DNA of 24,000 nt. It comes from Minisyncoccota bacterium (GTDB lineage Bacteria; Patescibacteriota; Minisyncoccia; Phycocordibacterales; Phycocordibacteraceae). Shown here piece by piece: positions 7,386 through 15,335 of the stretch (position 1 is the stretch's first letter; the number at the start of each line of letters is the position of its first letter). The position numbers were made by a program, and so were the translations under genes. The notes beneath the pieces are model-generated. The model made no database searches, had not been told where the DNA came from, and saw only the letters and a list, made by a program, of their open reading frames with translations. Where the stretch lies: positions 13,268-37,267 of the forward strand of contig JAMNXM010000002.1 in assembly GCA_023653145.1 (NCBI GenBank), given 5' to 3'.

Positions 7386-8180
7386 TTAGCGGATTTCGTA
7401 GGTGATGTACACCTGACTGACGACTTCGTTCTCTCCAGGAGCAATGTCTGGTGTGGCCTTTGCCTCCATCACACCTCCCATAGCCATATCTGCGCGGCCA
7501 TTGTACGGCATTGGGTAGCCGCCACCTGACTCGCTAAACGATACGACACGGACCAAGCGGACGCCTAGGTCACGGGCAAGAATCTGTGCTTTAGCACGTG
7601 CCTCGTCAATAGCCTCTTTGCGGGCTTCTGCACGGACCGTGTCCTCATCCTCAACAGTAAAGTTTGGACCGTAAAGCTGACTAATACCTGCGTCGCCAAG
7701 GGCAGAGAGCAGGTCCCCGACCTTGCCTAGGTCACGTACTTTGACCTCTGTCGACTGGTTTACGGTGTACCCGATAACGCGCTGCTCGTCATATACGCAC
7801 GGTGGTGTGTAGCACGGTTGTGGGTAGCTGTACTTTGGGCTCACCACATATGATGTGGTCTTTACATCCCTCTCCTCAATCCCCTTCTCTGTAAGAAGCG
7901 CGAGCGCGATGTTGTTCTTCTTCGTTGCCTCGTCCTGCGCTTGAGATGCGGTTTTACCCTCGCCCACTACGGTAAACGAAATAGTTGCAATATCAGGAAT
8001 TGCTGCGGCTTTGCCCATACCATCTACCGTGATGGTGTTGGTTGCAGGTGTTCCTGCCTCGAACAAGTTGCTAAATGCATCTGCGGCAAGGAGCGCTACG
8101 AACACTGACGCAACCAAAAGAAAGATCGCGACCATGCGCTCGACGCGCTTGCTACTCAATACTGACCCATGTTGGTCCAT
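7386..8180 (-). CDS. SIMPL (DUF541) domain protein with an N-terminal membrane anchor
   Basis: 264 aa with an N-terminal TM helix, then ITVDGMGKAAAIPDIATISFTV...TTSYVVSPKY...GYTVNQSTEVKVRDL, which is the typical SIMPL/DUF541 pattern. Confidence 0.75.
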   Translation of the reverse strand: MDQHGSVLSSKRVERMVAIFLLVASVFVALLAADAFSNLFEAGTPATNTITVDGMGKAAAIPDIATISFTVVGEGKTASQAQDEATKKNNIALALLTEKGIEERDVKTTSYVVSPKYSYPQPCYTPPCVYDEQRVIGYTVNQSTEVKVRDLGKVGDLLSALGDAGISQLYGPNFTVEDEDTVRAEARKEAIDEARAKAQILARDLGVRLVRVVSFSESGGGYPMPYNGRADMAMGGVMEAKATPDIAPGENEVVSQVYITYEIR

Positions 8181-8229
8181 AGAAAACCTAAGTTAAGTGG
8201 TAACGAAGTCAGTGTACCACAGGGCACTT

Positions 8230-9315
8230 TTAGTGCGTATGCGTGTGCGGCGCGTGACCTGGTGTACGGCCCCGAATCGCCCAAAGAGCAAGGATTGTAG
8301 CCACCGGAACGACCAAGGCAAGAGCCACAGACCCTACCGCGGCACGCACCACCTCAACGGCAATCACCTCACTGTTGAGAAGGAGCGTCGTGTTCTCGGT
8401 AGAGAGCGCGAAGAGTAATAGGAGTGGGAGCGATGCGCCCACGTACGCTAAGACGAGCGTATTCACCACTGCCCCGAGGTGCTCACGCCCTATCCGCATT
8501 GCACGAGCGTACAACTCTGTGTTCGTGAGCCCGGGGTTTGCCGACTTCAGTTCGCCGATTGCTGCAACCTGTGTCACTGCAAGGTCGTCAACAATACCGA
8601 GCGCTCCAATAATGAGCGCTCCGAGTAAGAGTCCCTCCATCTGGAGCGCACTTCCTGTTGAGATATTCAAAATGCTTGATGCGTCGTCGGCAAACCCCGA
8701 GAGGTGCGCAAAACTAACGAACGCGTCTCCTAAAAATACTGCCACAGTGACCGCAGCGAGCGATGCGAGGTACGCTGCGAGCGTCATCCGTGTTGGTCCA
8801 TGCGTGACGAGCATCACAACACCAAGCATGAGCGCCGCGCATGCAAGGGATGTTAGCGCTGGCGGATACCCACTAATAAGGAGTGGTGCCAGAATGTACA
8901 GAATGACGCCAAGCGAGAGTCCTAGTGAAATCAGTGCCCGCACCCCAATCCAACCACCAACACCGATAATGGCAGCAGCAAAAAGGAATAGCGCGATACC
9001 CATCGCAAATCCTCGATCAGCATCGTGGAGCGTATAGATATAGCCATCGACGGATTCATACTGCGCGACATACACACGACTCCCCACCTCAACAACAATG
9101 CGGTCATTGTTCACCGTCACGGTGCGTCCATCTTCAAGTTCAACCATAAGAGACTGCACGGTCTCCATAAGTGCGGTCCCGGGCACCTCGCGGCGTTCAG
9201 ACGATGCGATTCGCTCTACCGTGCCATGGATAATGGTGACGTCACCGAGTGCCGCGTGTGTAACAAGCGGCATAAACGAAACAGCGAGGAGAAACACGGC
9301 GACAGCGTACTTCAC
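8230..9315 (-). CDS. YibE/F family membrane protein with a His-rich C-terminal tail
   Basis: 361 aa: signal/anchor, soluble N-domain, multiple TM helices, and the conserved distal block GALGIVDDLAVTQVAAIGEL...RIGREHLGAVVNTLVLAYVGASLP. The C-terminus ends GHAPHTHTH. The start is GTG 9315. Confidence 0.65.
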   Translation of the reverse strand: MKYAVAVFLLAVSFMPLVTHAALGDVTIIHGTVERIASSERREVPGTALMETVQSLMVELEDGRTVTVNNDRIVVEVGSRVYVAQYESVDGYIYTLHDADRGFAMGIALFLFAAAIIGVGGWIGVRALISLGLSLGVILYILAPLLISGYPPALTSLACAALMLGVVMLVTHGPTRMTLAAYLASLAAVTVAVFLGDAFVSFAHLSGFADDASSILNISTGSALQMEGLLLGALIIGALGIVDDLAVTQVAAIGELKSANPGLTNTELYARAMRIGREHLGAVVNTLVLAYVGASLPLLLLFALSTENTTLLLNSEVIAVEVVRAAVGSVALALVVPVATILALWAIRGRTPGHAPHTHTH

Positions 9316-9320
9316 TCTCG

Positions 9321-9327
9321 TATGCTA
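9321..9327. promoter_or_regulatory. symmetric TAnnnTA element (TATGCTA) in the 14-nt YibE/F-ZIP intergenic region, inside the 10-bp palindrome ATGCTAGCAT
   Basis: The minus strand reads TAGCAT-acgaga-GTG, exactly 6 nt before the YibE/F start. The plus-strand hexamer TATGCT lies 3 nt before ATG 9330 and 12 nt before ATG 9339. Confidence 0.35.
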
Positions 9328-9329
9328 GC

Positions 9330-10115
9330 ATGAGCGCCATGGACCCGGTCATACTCACCATTTCAAGCGTGTTTGCAGTATCACTCGTATCGCTCGTCGG
9401 TATTGCTGCATTTTCTTTGGAAGAAAAAACGCTCCGCAAGGCACTCTTTGCACTCGTGGGGCTTGCTGCAGGCGCACTCATTGGAGACGCCATTATCCAC
9501 CTGATACCCGAATCTCTCGAAGTGATCGGCGACGAGCGCTTGTTTGGACTTGCGGTCATAGGCGGTCTTCTGGTGTTTTTCTTTCTCGAGAAGGGGCTTC
9601 GCTGGCATCACGCACACCACGGGCATGAACACGAACACACTGGGCACGAACAGTATGAGCGCGGCACACATGGACACCTTGCGCCTATGGTTATTGTTGC
9701 CGATGGAGTCCATAACGCAATTGATGGCGCAGTGATTGCCGCAAGCTTTTTGGTATCTCCCGCCCTTGGTGCAACGACAACTCTGGCAGTATTCCTCCAC
9801 GAAATCCCGCAAGAAATTGCTGACTACGCACTCCTCCTCCACTCGGGACTGAGCCGTGGTATGGCGCTGTTCTATAACTTCCTTTCAGGCGCAATGGCGT
9901 TTTTGGGTGCAGGGTTGGTACTGTGGATCGGCTCGTCGAACGAACTGGTTGGAGCATATGCTGCTGCGGCTACCGCAGGTGCGTTTATTTACCTTGCAGC
10001 GACTGACCTTATACCTGAAATAAACAAAGCACGTCCAACCCGCCGCTCAGTCATTGAGGTGTCGGCATTCCTCATTGGTATTGGTCTTATGGTTGGACTC
10101 TCCTTCCTTGAGTAG
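9330..10115 (+). CDS. ZIP family divalent metal (Zn/Fe) transporter, ZupT-like
   Basis: 261 aa with a His-rich cytoplasmic loop HHAHHGHEHEHTGHEQYERGTHGH, the ZIP signature FLHEIPQEIADYALLL, and multiple TM helices. The start could be the second ATG at 9339. Confidence 0.85.
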   Translation: MSAMDPVILTISSVFAVSLVSLVGIAAFSLEEKTLRKALFALVGLAAGALIGDAIIHLIPESLEVIGDERLFGLAVIGGLLVFFFLEKGLRWHHAHHGHEHEHTGHEQYERGTHGHLAPMVIVADGVHNAIDGAVIAASFLVSPALGATTTLAVFLHEIPQEIADYALLLHSGLSRGMALFYNFLSGAMAFLGAGLVLWIGSSNELVGAYAAAATAGAFIYLAATDLIPEINKARPTRRSVIEVSAFLIGIGLMVGLSFLE

Positions 10116-10484
10116 TTAGGTGCATTTTTTACACACCCCAAAGAACTCCAAGGAGTGCGCGTGTACTGACTTAAACTTTTTTGACTCAACAAGGGCAGCC
10201 TTTTCTAACCCGCGAGGCTCGGTGTGTACGTCTTCAATATCACCACAGGTGGTGCACACAATGTGGTGATGATGCTCTCCTGCTACTTCGTAACGAGGTA
10301 CACGCCCACCAAAATCTACACGGCGAATAGATCCTTCAGAACTCATTTCAGTAATGGCTCTATACACCGTGGAGAGATGCACACTCTGCCCAGCAGACTT
10401 TCGTATCTCGCGTACCGTGAGTGGCTGTTGCGCTTTACTGAGCACTTCTTGGATTACTTTTCGGTCATTGGTGGTGCGTTTCAT
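10116..10484 (-). CDS. Fur family transcriptional regulator (Zur/PerR-like)
   Basis: 122 aa with an N-terminal winged-helix region (LTVREIRK...STVYRAITEM), then HHHHIVCTTCG and a C-terminal CKKC (structural Cys4 site). A 4-nt ATGA overlap joins it to the upstream class V gene, and its stop codon directly abuts the ZIP stop. Confidence 0.85.
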   Translation of the reverse strand: MKRTTNDRKVIQEVLSKAQQPLTVREIRKSAGQSVHLSTVYRAITEMSSEGSIRRVDFGGRVPRYEVAGEHHHHIVCTTCGDIEDVHTEPRGLEKAALVESKKFKSVHAHSLEFFGVCKKCT

Positions 10485-11656
10485 AGTGCGTTAGAAAAAG
10501 TGTGTAGCACATCAAGGTATGTGTCTATATCCTGCTTACTAGTATACGCATGAACACTCACTCGTACAGAGTCACCAATGTTTATTGGGTCGAAATTACA
10601 ATGTGTTCCTGACCGTACATAGATAGTGTGTTGGTTTAGGTACTGACCAACTTCTACTGACGAAGCACCGCTGAGAGTGAAGGACAGAATTCCATTACCT
10701 GAATTGCACCCACATTGAGCAATGCCCGTAGTGAATACGACACTCGGAATGCTCCGCATACCCTCATACGTATACTTCGTTACCTCTTCAACTACTGCCT
10801 CTATCTGAGCCATCCCAATCTCTGCAGCAAAATCAAAAAATGCTCCGAGCGAGTATATCCCTGCGACATGTGGTGTCCCCTCGAAAAGTCTGCCTGGGTT
10901 GGAAAAGAGTGTTGGGCGCAGAAATACAACACCCACCCCTTGTGCTGCGAATGCCTTATGTCCTGACGTATGCAGTACATCAATCCCCATCCCCTCTACG
11001 TCTATAACTGCTTTTGATAAACTTTGTGCACCATCAACCTGAATAATGATGTTTCGAGATTTCAGGAATGCAATTTTTTCTGAATTGTAAAGAATCTCAG
11101 AAGCATTCCCGTAGACGTTATGGATGTGTGTGAGATTAACAAGCCTCGTGCGAGCCGTCACCTTTGATTTGAGATCTGCCCAATCTATTTGTCCATTCTT
11201 CGAAACTATGAGTTCCACGATTTTGACTCGTTTTCCAAGCGCAGCATAGACAGCTGCAACTTCATACCAAGGTTGCACATATGACTGATGATCAGAGGGT
11301 GACACGAGAATCTCATCCCCGTCCTGGAGGAGTTGTTCAAAAAACATGTTTGTTACCCCTCGCATCGAATGACTTGCCCCAAAAGAGAAAAAGATGCTCT
11401 CAGGTGTAGGAGCCCCAATATGAACACTTGCCTGCTCCCGTATACGTGCAATTTTGCGTTGTGCAATAACATCTAAAGTGGAGAGTGAACGCCCCACATT
11501 CGTGTTTTCTTTTGTGTAGAAAGACGTTATTACATCGATAGCTTTTCCGAGTTTCTGCGTGGTTGAGGCGCTATCAAGGAAGATGAGATCGGGACGTTCT
11601 CTAAATATCGGAAACTGATCTCTGATCTTTAGTGTGTCAGGAAATACCCTACTCAT
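10481..11656 (-). CDS. class V (fold type I) PLP enzyme, SufS/CsdA-like cysteine desulfurase family
   Basis: 391 aa with FLDSASTTQK, THIHNVYG, VDGAQS, SGHKAFAAQGVGVVFLR (PLP Lys) and VRSGTHCNF (catalytic Cys context of group II desulfurases). Confidence 0.75.
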   Translation of the reverse strand: MSRVFPDTLKIRDQFPIFRERPDLIFLDSASTTQKLGKAIDVITSFYTKENTNVGRSLSTLDVIAQRKIARIREQASVHIGAPTPESIFFSFGASHSMRGVTNMFFEQLLQDGDEILVSPSDHQSYVQPWYEVAAVYAALGKRVKIVELIVSKNGQIDWADLKSKVTARTRLVNLTHIHNVYGNASEILYNSEKIAFLKSRNIIIQVDGAQSLSKAVIDVEGMGIDVLHTSGHKAFAAQGVGVVFLRPTLFSNPGRLFEGTPHVAGIYSLGAFFDFAAEIGMAQIEAVVEEVTKYTYEGMRSIPSVVFTTGIAQCGCNSGNGILSFTLSGASSVEVGQYLNQHTIYVRSGTHCNFDPINIGDSVRVSVHAYTSKQDIDTYLDVLHTFSNAL

Positions 11657-12939
11657 AAATACTGTGCCACTTCCTGCATCCCTCCCCGCAACGAGGCGGC
11701 ATCATACCCCTGTGTGCGCAAAAACCCTGCTAGGTATGCTGATTTATCACCAACGGCACATACGAAAAGTAACTTCTGACTCTTCGAAAACGGAATGGCA
11801 GAGTCAATCACATGAGACAGTAGGTCATACGGATAGTTCAACGCGCCTGGAATATGTTTGAGCGAGAACGAAACCGGAACCCGTGTATCAATTACGAGAT
11901 AGTCACTACTTACTACTTGATAGTCTGAAAGAGATACTTCGATTGAATGTGCACGGTACTGTTCTCCCCCACCGTCTAGCCATGAAGACTTTTTGCGCTG
12001 GCCGAACAGTTCAGGTATTCGTTTCTTGAGGTAGTCGACATACCACTCATATCGATCGCACACGATAAACACCGCATTCATGGGTTTCGTTGCTCGAGCA
12101 TCTAGTTCAGCGAGAACTTCTAAACTTTTATAGAAATTTATGCCGGCACTTGGACCCCCCAGCACGCCAAGTTTGTCGCGTAGCATACACATCCCGTCTA
12201 TTGCTTCCCGTGATGCGCACTCAATAATCCTTTCGTACTCTTTCTCTTGATAAAGACCAATCTCAAACAATTCATCAGCACCTCGGATACCTGGGATAAA
12301 ATCATCTTTATGCGCCACAAGTCCAAACGCTTTCAAAGATTGGTTTTGTTCTTTAAACCGCTTAATCATACCGAGCGTCGAGCCGGTTGTGCCAAGTCCT
12401 CCTATGACTACATCTACGGACCCGAGGTCACTTAAAATTTCCTGAGCGGTTGTCTCATAGTGAACCTGCCAATTGCGCTCATTCGTAAACTGATCAGTAT
12501 AGATACGCTGCGCAGGATCTACCTGCATCTCTCTTTGGATCTCATAAATTGGATCATTCGGATCACTTGGGTCAAAACACTCGCTCTTCCCCGGCATGAT
12601 CCGTATTGATGTGCCAAGCGACGCTAGTATATCCTTTACGTTCTCAAGTTTAATGAGATTCGTAATGATTCGTAGCTCGCCTCCAAAAAGCTTGGTGAGC
12701 ATTTGGAGTGCTTTTGCCGTGTTTCCGCTGGACGACTCAAGTACTACCTTACCCGCCAAGGTGCCCGCATCAATGTATGGCTTTAGTAACGCATATGATG
12801 TCCGATCCTTTACAGAGCCCCACGGATTTTGATTTTCAAGTTTTGCATACAACTTAATGTTCTTAAAGCCAGTGACCGACTGTGGCACTTCAAGAAGTGG
12901 CGTATTCCCAATAGTGTCTACTATGTGTGTATAGATCAT
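11653..12939 (-). CDS. fold type II PLP enzyme (CysK/CBS/SbnA-like beta-replacement family) fused to a C-terminal rhodanese domain
   Basis: 428 aa with GSVKDR (PLP Lys), SSGNTA (Asn loop) and GGLGTTGST (Gly loop). The C-terminal ~110 aa read LVIDTRVPVSFSLKHIPGALNYP...LLFVCAVGDKSAYLAGFL, a rhodanese active-site Cys loop. Confidence 0.75.
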   Translation of the reverse strand: MIYTHIVDTIGNTPLLEVPQSVTGFKNIKLYAKLENQNPWGSVKDRTSYALLKPYIDAGTLAGKVVLESSSGNTAKALQMLTKLFGGELRIITNLIKLENVKDILASLGTSIRIMPGKSECFDPSDPNDPIYEIQREMQVDPAQRIYTDQFTNERNWQVHYETTAQEILSDLGSVDVVIGGLGTTGSTLGMIKRFKEQNQSLKAFGLVAHKDDFIPGIRGADELFEIGLYQEKEYERIIECASREAIDGMCMLRDKLGVLGGPSAGINFYKSLEVLAELDARATKPMNAVFIVCDRYEWYVDYLKKRIPELFGQRKKSSWLDGGGEQYRAHSIEVSLSDYQVVSSDYLVIDTRVPVSFSLKHIPGALNYPYDLLSHVIDSAIPFSKSQKLLFVCAVGDKSAYLAGFLRTQGYDAASLRGGMQEVAQYL

Positions 12940-14375
12940 AGGTGAATGTAGTTCTCATCTTCATACCACTCAACACCCTCTGCACGGCGCACTAATGCTA
13001 TCTTACGCGCTACACGCTGCTTAAGTGTTGTACTTTCAGAGAAATCCATGAGGTATGGTGCGGTATTCATAAACAAAAGTACATCTCCTACGGACACAGG
13101 TTGCCCAAAAAAGAATTTTCTTCTCGATATAAAATCTGCAGGTAAACATAAATTTCCAACCAAGAAACCTTCACCCACAGCATCACGAGACCCGTCCGTT
13201 TTCGAAAAGAGAACTAGTGGATCGGGCATATACTCTTGATCAGTCGCATTGATATTCGTGCGGTTCATGTCCAACACTATAAGAGTTTGCCCGTGTTCAG
13301 TTTTCTTAATGTGCATGATTTTCGCAGCAGTAAAGCCGGCTTGATCGAAAAACGATTGTCCTGGCTCAATACATATACGGACCCCAAGATCGCGTAACAC
13401 ATCAGCTAGTGGCGATCCGGTATCATCAAAAGGGCTCAGGAGGATTTCGCGGAGCGTTTCAAACTGGTTCTTCGGTTGGTAATAGTCAGAGAACGATTTA
13501 CTCCCGCGCAGTTTCCCTCCCTCAACGTTAAACCCAAGCCCAGATCTATTCCAGGTTAACTCTGTCTGGTCACCCTGCAGTACACTCGCTTTAAGTGTAG
13601 AAATAAACTCATCCCACTCTGTCTTCGACGCGAGATGATTGATCAGGTATCCACCCCCTATATCAATATCTGTGAGGGCAAAATTTGGATGCTGTTCTTT
13701 TTTATACACAATGAACGTCTGTAATGCTTCATTGAGCATTGCCACTCGCTCGCTCACCTTATCTGTTGAAAAATGAAAAGAGAATCCCTTAAGGAGGAGA
13801 TACGACGAGGTGCGCACCCGAGCAACCGCTGCCGCAACCTCAGCAGGCGGGACCCCGAATCGATCTGGTCTATTCGTAATTCGTCTTGGTATCGCAAGTC
13901 GGATATAAATTGGAACACGCACTGGATGCATTGGACCGATGAGTTCTGAACACAGTGCCTCAATACGATCTAACTCATGTATGTCATCAACATTAATGAG
14001 CACCTTATGGAGAACGCACGATTTAAGAAACTCATCGTTTTTTGGACCTGTTGCCTCTATACGTTCACCAGAAAACCCTGCTATAAGCGCATCAGAGAGT
14101 TCTCCTAAAGAGGCGACATCAATGCTCGAACCTGAGAATGCCATACGCCGAGCTATTGCCTTAGATTTATTTGCCTTTGCGGCAAGATAGACCGTACTGC
14201 GCACACCGAGTGATTCAAACAGTGCATTAAATTTTTGGTAGTTCCCAAATGCGACTTCAGGTAGAACTACGTTGAGCGGAGAGCCATACGTACGTATAAG
14301 TGAGCGCAGCACCTCCTCTTCGCGTAAGTATGCATCTACCTCTGGACAAACATATGGCGTTAAACGACTACTCAT
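12936..14375 (-). CDS. type III PLP enzyme of the Orn/DAP/Arg decarboxylase (alanine-racemase-fold) family
   Basis: YLAAKANKS (PLP Lys), GFSFHFS, DIGGGY, CIEPGQSF (EPGR-like) and GNLCLPADF (catalytic Cys region). The ORF track extends to 14507, but those 44 codons lie inside the ATPase gene. ATG 14375 (MSSRLTPYV) gives an ATGAGTAG 8-nt overlap with the ATPase stop. Confidence 0.75.
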   Translation of the reverse strand: MSSRLTPYVCPEVDAYLREEEVLRSLIRTYGSPLNVVLPEVAFGNYQKFNALFESLGVRSTVYLAAKANKSKAIARRMAFSGSSIDVASLGELSDALIAGFSGERIEATGPKNDEFLKSCVLHKVLINVDDIHELDRIEALCSELIGPMHPVRVPIYIRLAIPRRITNRPDRFGVPPAEVAAAVARVRTSSYLLLKGFSFHFSTDKVSERVAMLNEALQTFIVYKKEQHPNFALTDIDIGGGYLINHLASKTEWDEFISTLKASVLQGDQTELTWNRSGLGFNVEGGKLRGSKSFSDYYQPKNQFETLREILLSPFDDTGSPLADVLRDLGVRICIEPGQSFFDQAGFTAAKIMHIKKTEHGQTLIVLDMNRTNINATDQEYMPDPLVLFSKTDGSRDAVGEGFLVGNLCLPADFISRRKFFFGQPVSVGDVLLFMNTAPYLMDFSESTTLKQRVARKIALVRRAEGVEWYEDENYIHL

Positions 14376-15321
14376 ATGTAAAAGTGGTGTCGATTTGCGA
14401 ACGGATGTCCCCCACCGCCTGACGAATCCAGTCCTCCTGGCTGCACTGCTCGTGAAGAGTATGCATACGCTCAAGATACGTCTGCGGATCTTGGTACAGC
14501 GAATCAATCGTAGAAAGCATGGTACTGATTGCCGGATCGAAAACAGTACTGGTTTTGAGAGTGTCCAGTTTAAGCCCAGAGCGGCGCGCCTCCTTAAGAT
14601 CCTTAAGTTCTGCTACGGTACCGAGTCGATGTTGAGACGGAATTTTCGAATCAAGAAATGCAGTGTCCGAGGCATCCTGAATCTTGTTGTATATAACAAG
14701 TATTCTGTCTTGTATTCCAGTTTCCTTAGCAAGCGCACTGTACTGATTGAATACATTAACACTCTCTACTGTAGGCTCAACAGCAAGAATGAAAGCGTCA
14801 AACTGGGCGTACATAGTATTTGCGAAGGCATCGACGCCCGCAACCATATCTGCAATCAAATACTCATCACGTGCAATGCGAGAAAAACGAAGAAGGTTCT
14901 CTAAGATTGCTAAGTTCGTGTGGTAGCACGTGGTCCCTATAACATCCTTAGTGTATGTTCCAACCTCACCTACGAATGCGTTATCCGCATAGTGCGCAAA
15001 GTAATCACGAACCAAAGGGTCACGTGATGACACCGTAAGCAAATTACACCCACGAGACGGTGGTGTTGAATAATACATATGATCTGGTGAAGCTATGCGG
15101 GTGGAAGTGCCGATCATGTGGGTGCGGATTTTTTGCATGTTGCCAGGCAACGATAGATTCTTGTCTTCAGAAAGCGTGATGGTAAGCAAATCTCGAACAT
15201 GCATATTGAGGTCCGCATCAATAAACAACACGTGCTTCCCGAGCCTAACCAGTTCAAGGAAAAAGAAAGCCGATACGGTGCTCTTCCCACTCCCACCCTT
15301 ACCAACAAAGGCCAGTTTCAT
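14368..15321 (-). CDS. CooC/MinD/ParA-class (SIMIBI) P-loop ATPase, CooC-like
   Basis: 317 aa with the deviant Walker A MKLAFVGKGGSGKST, FIDADLN, and the Walker B-like LIADMVAGVDAF. Where I recall CooC carrying a CxC metal site, this protein reads GTTCYHTNLAILENLL. Confidence 0.7.
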   Translation of the reverse strand: MKLAFVGKGGSGKSTVSAFFFLELVRLGKHVLFIDADLNMHVRDLLTITLSEDKNLSLPGNMQKIRTHMIGTSTRIASPDHMYYSTPPSRGCNLLTVSSRDPLVRDYFAHYADNAFVGEVGTYTKDVIGTTCYHTNLAILENLLRFSRIARDEYLIADMVAGVDAFANTMYAQFDAFILAVEPTVESVNVFNQYSALAKETGIQDRILVIYNKIQDASDTAFLDSKIPSQHRLGTVAELKDLKEARRSGLKLDTLKTSTVFDPAISTMLSTIDSLYQDPQTYLERMHTLHEQCSQEDWIRQAVGDIRSQIDTTFTYE

Positions 15322-15335
15322 ACTATATAAAGGAC

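Noticed and set aside
7104-7529. 141-aa plus-strand ORF.
   Set aside because: It runs antisense through secE, the terminator hairpin and the 3' end of the SIMPL gene, which is not plausible for a coding region.
8375-9037. 220-aa plus-strand ORF.
   Set aside because: It is antisense to the YibE/F gene and is a Ser/Ala/Pro/Arg-rich shadow frame.
14376-14507. 44-codon N-terminal extension of the decarboxylase-like ORF given in the track.
   Set aside because: The extension lies wholly within the ATPase gene, is Arg/Cys-rich and has no homology pattern. The internal ATG at 14375 gives the usual short start/stop overlap.
14272-14904. 210-aa plus-strand ORF spanning the ATPase/decarboxylase junction.
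   Set aside because: It is antisense to two well-supported genes and has no motifs or promoter context.
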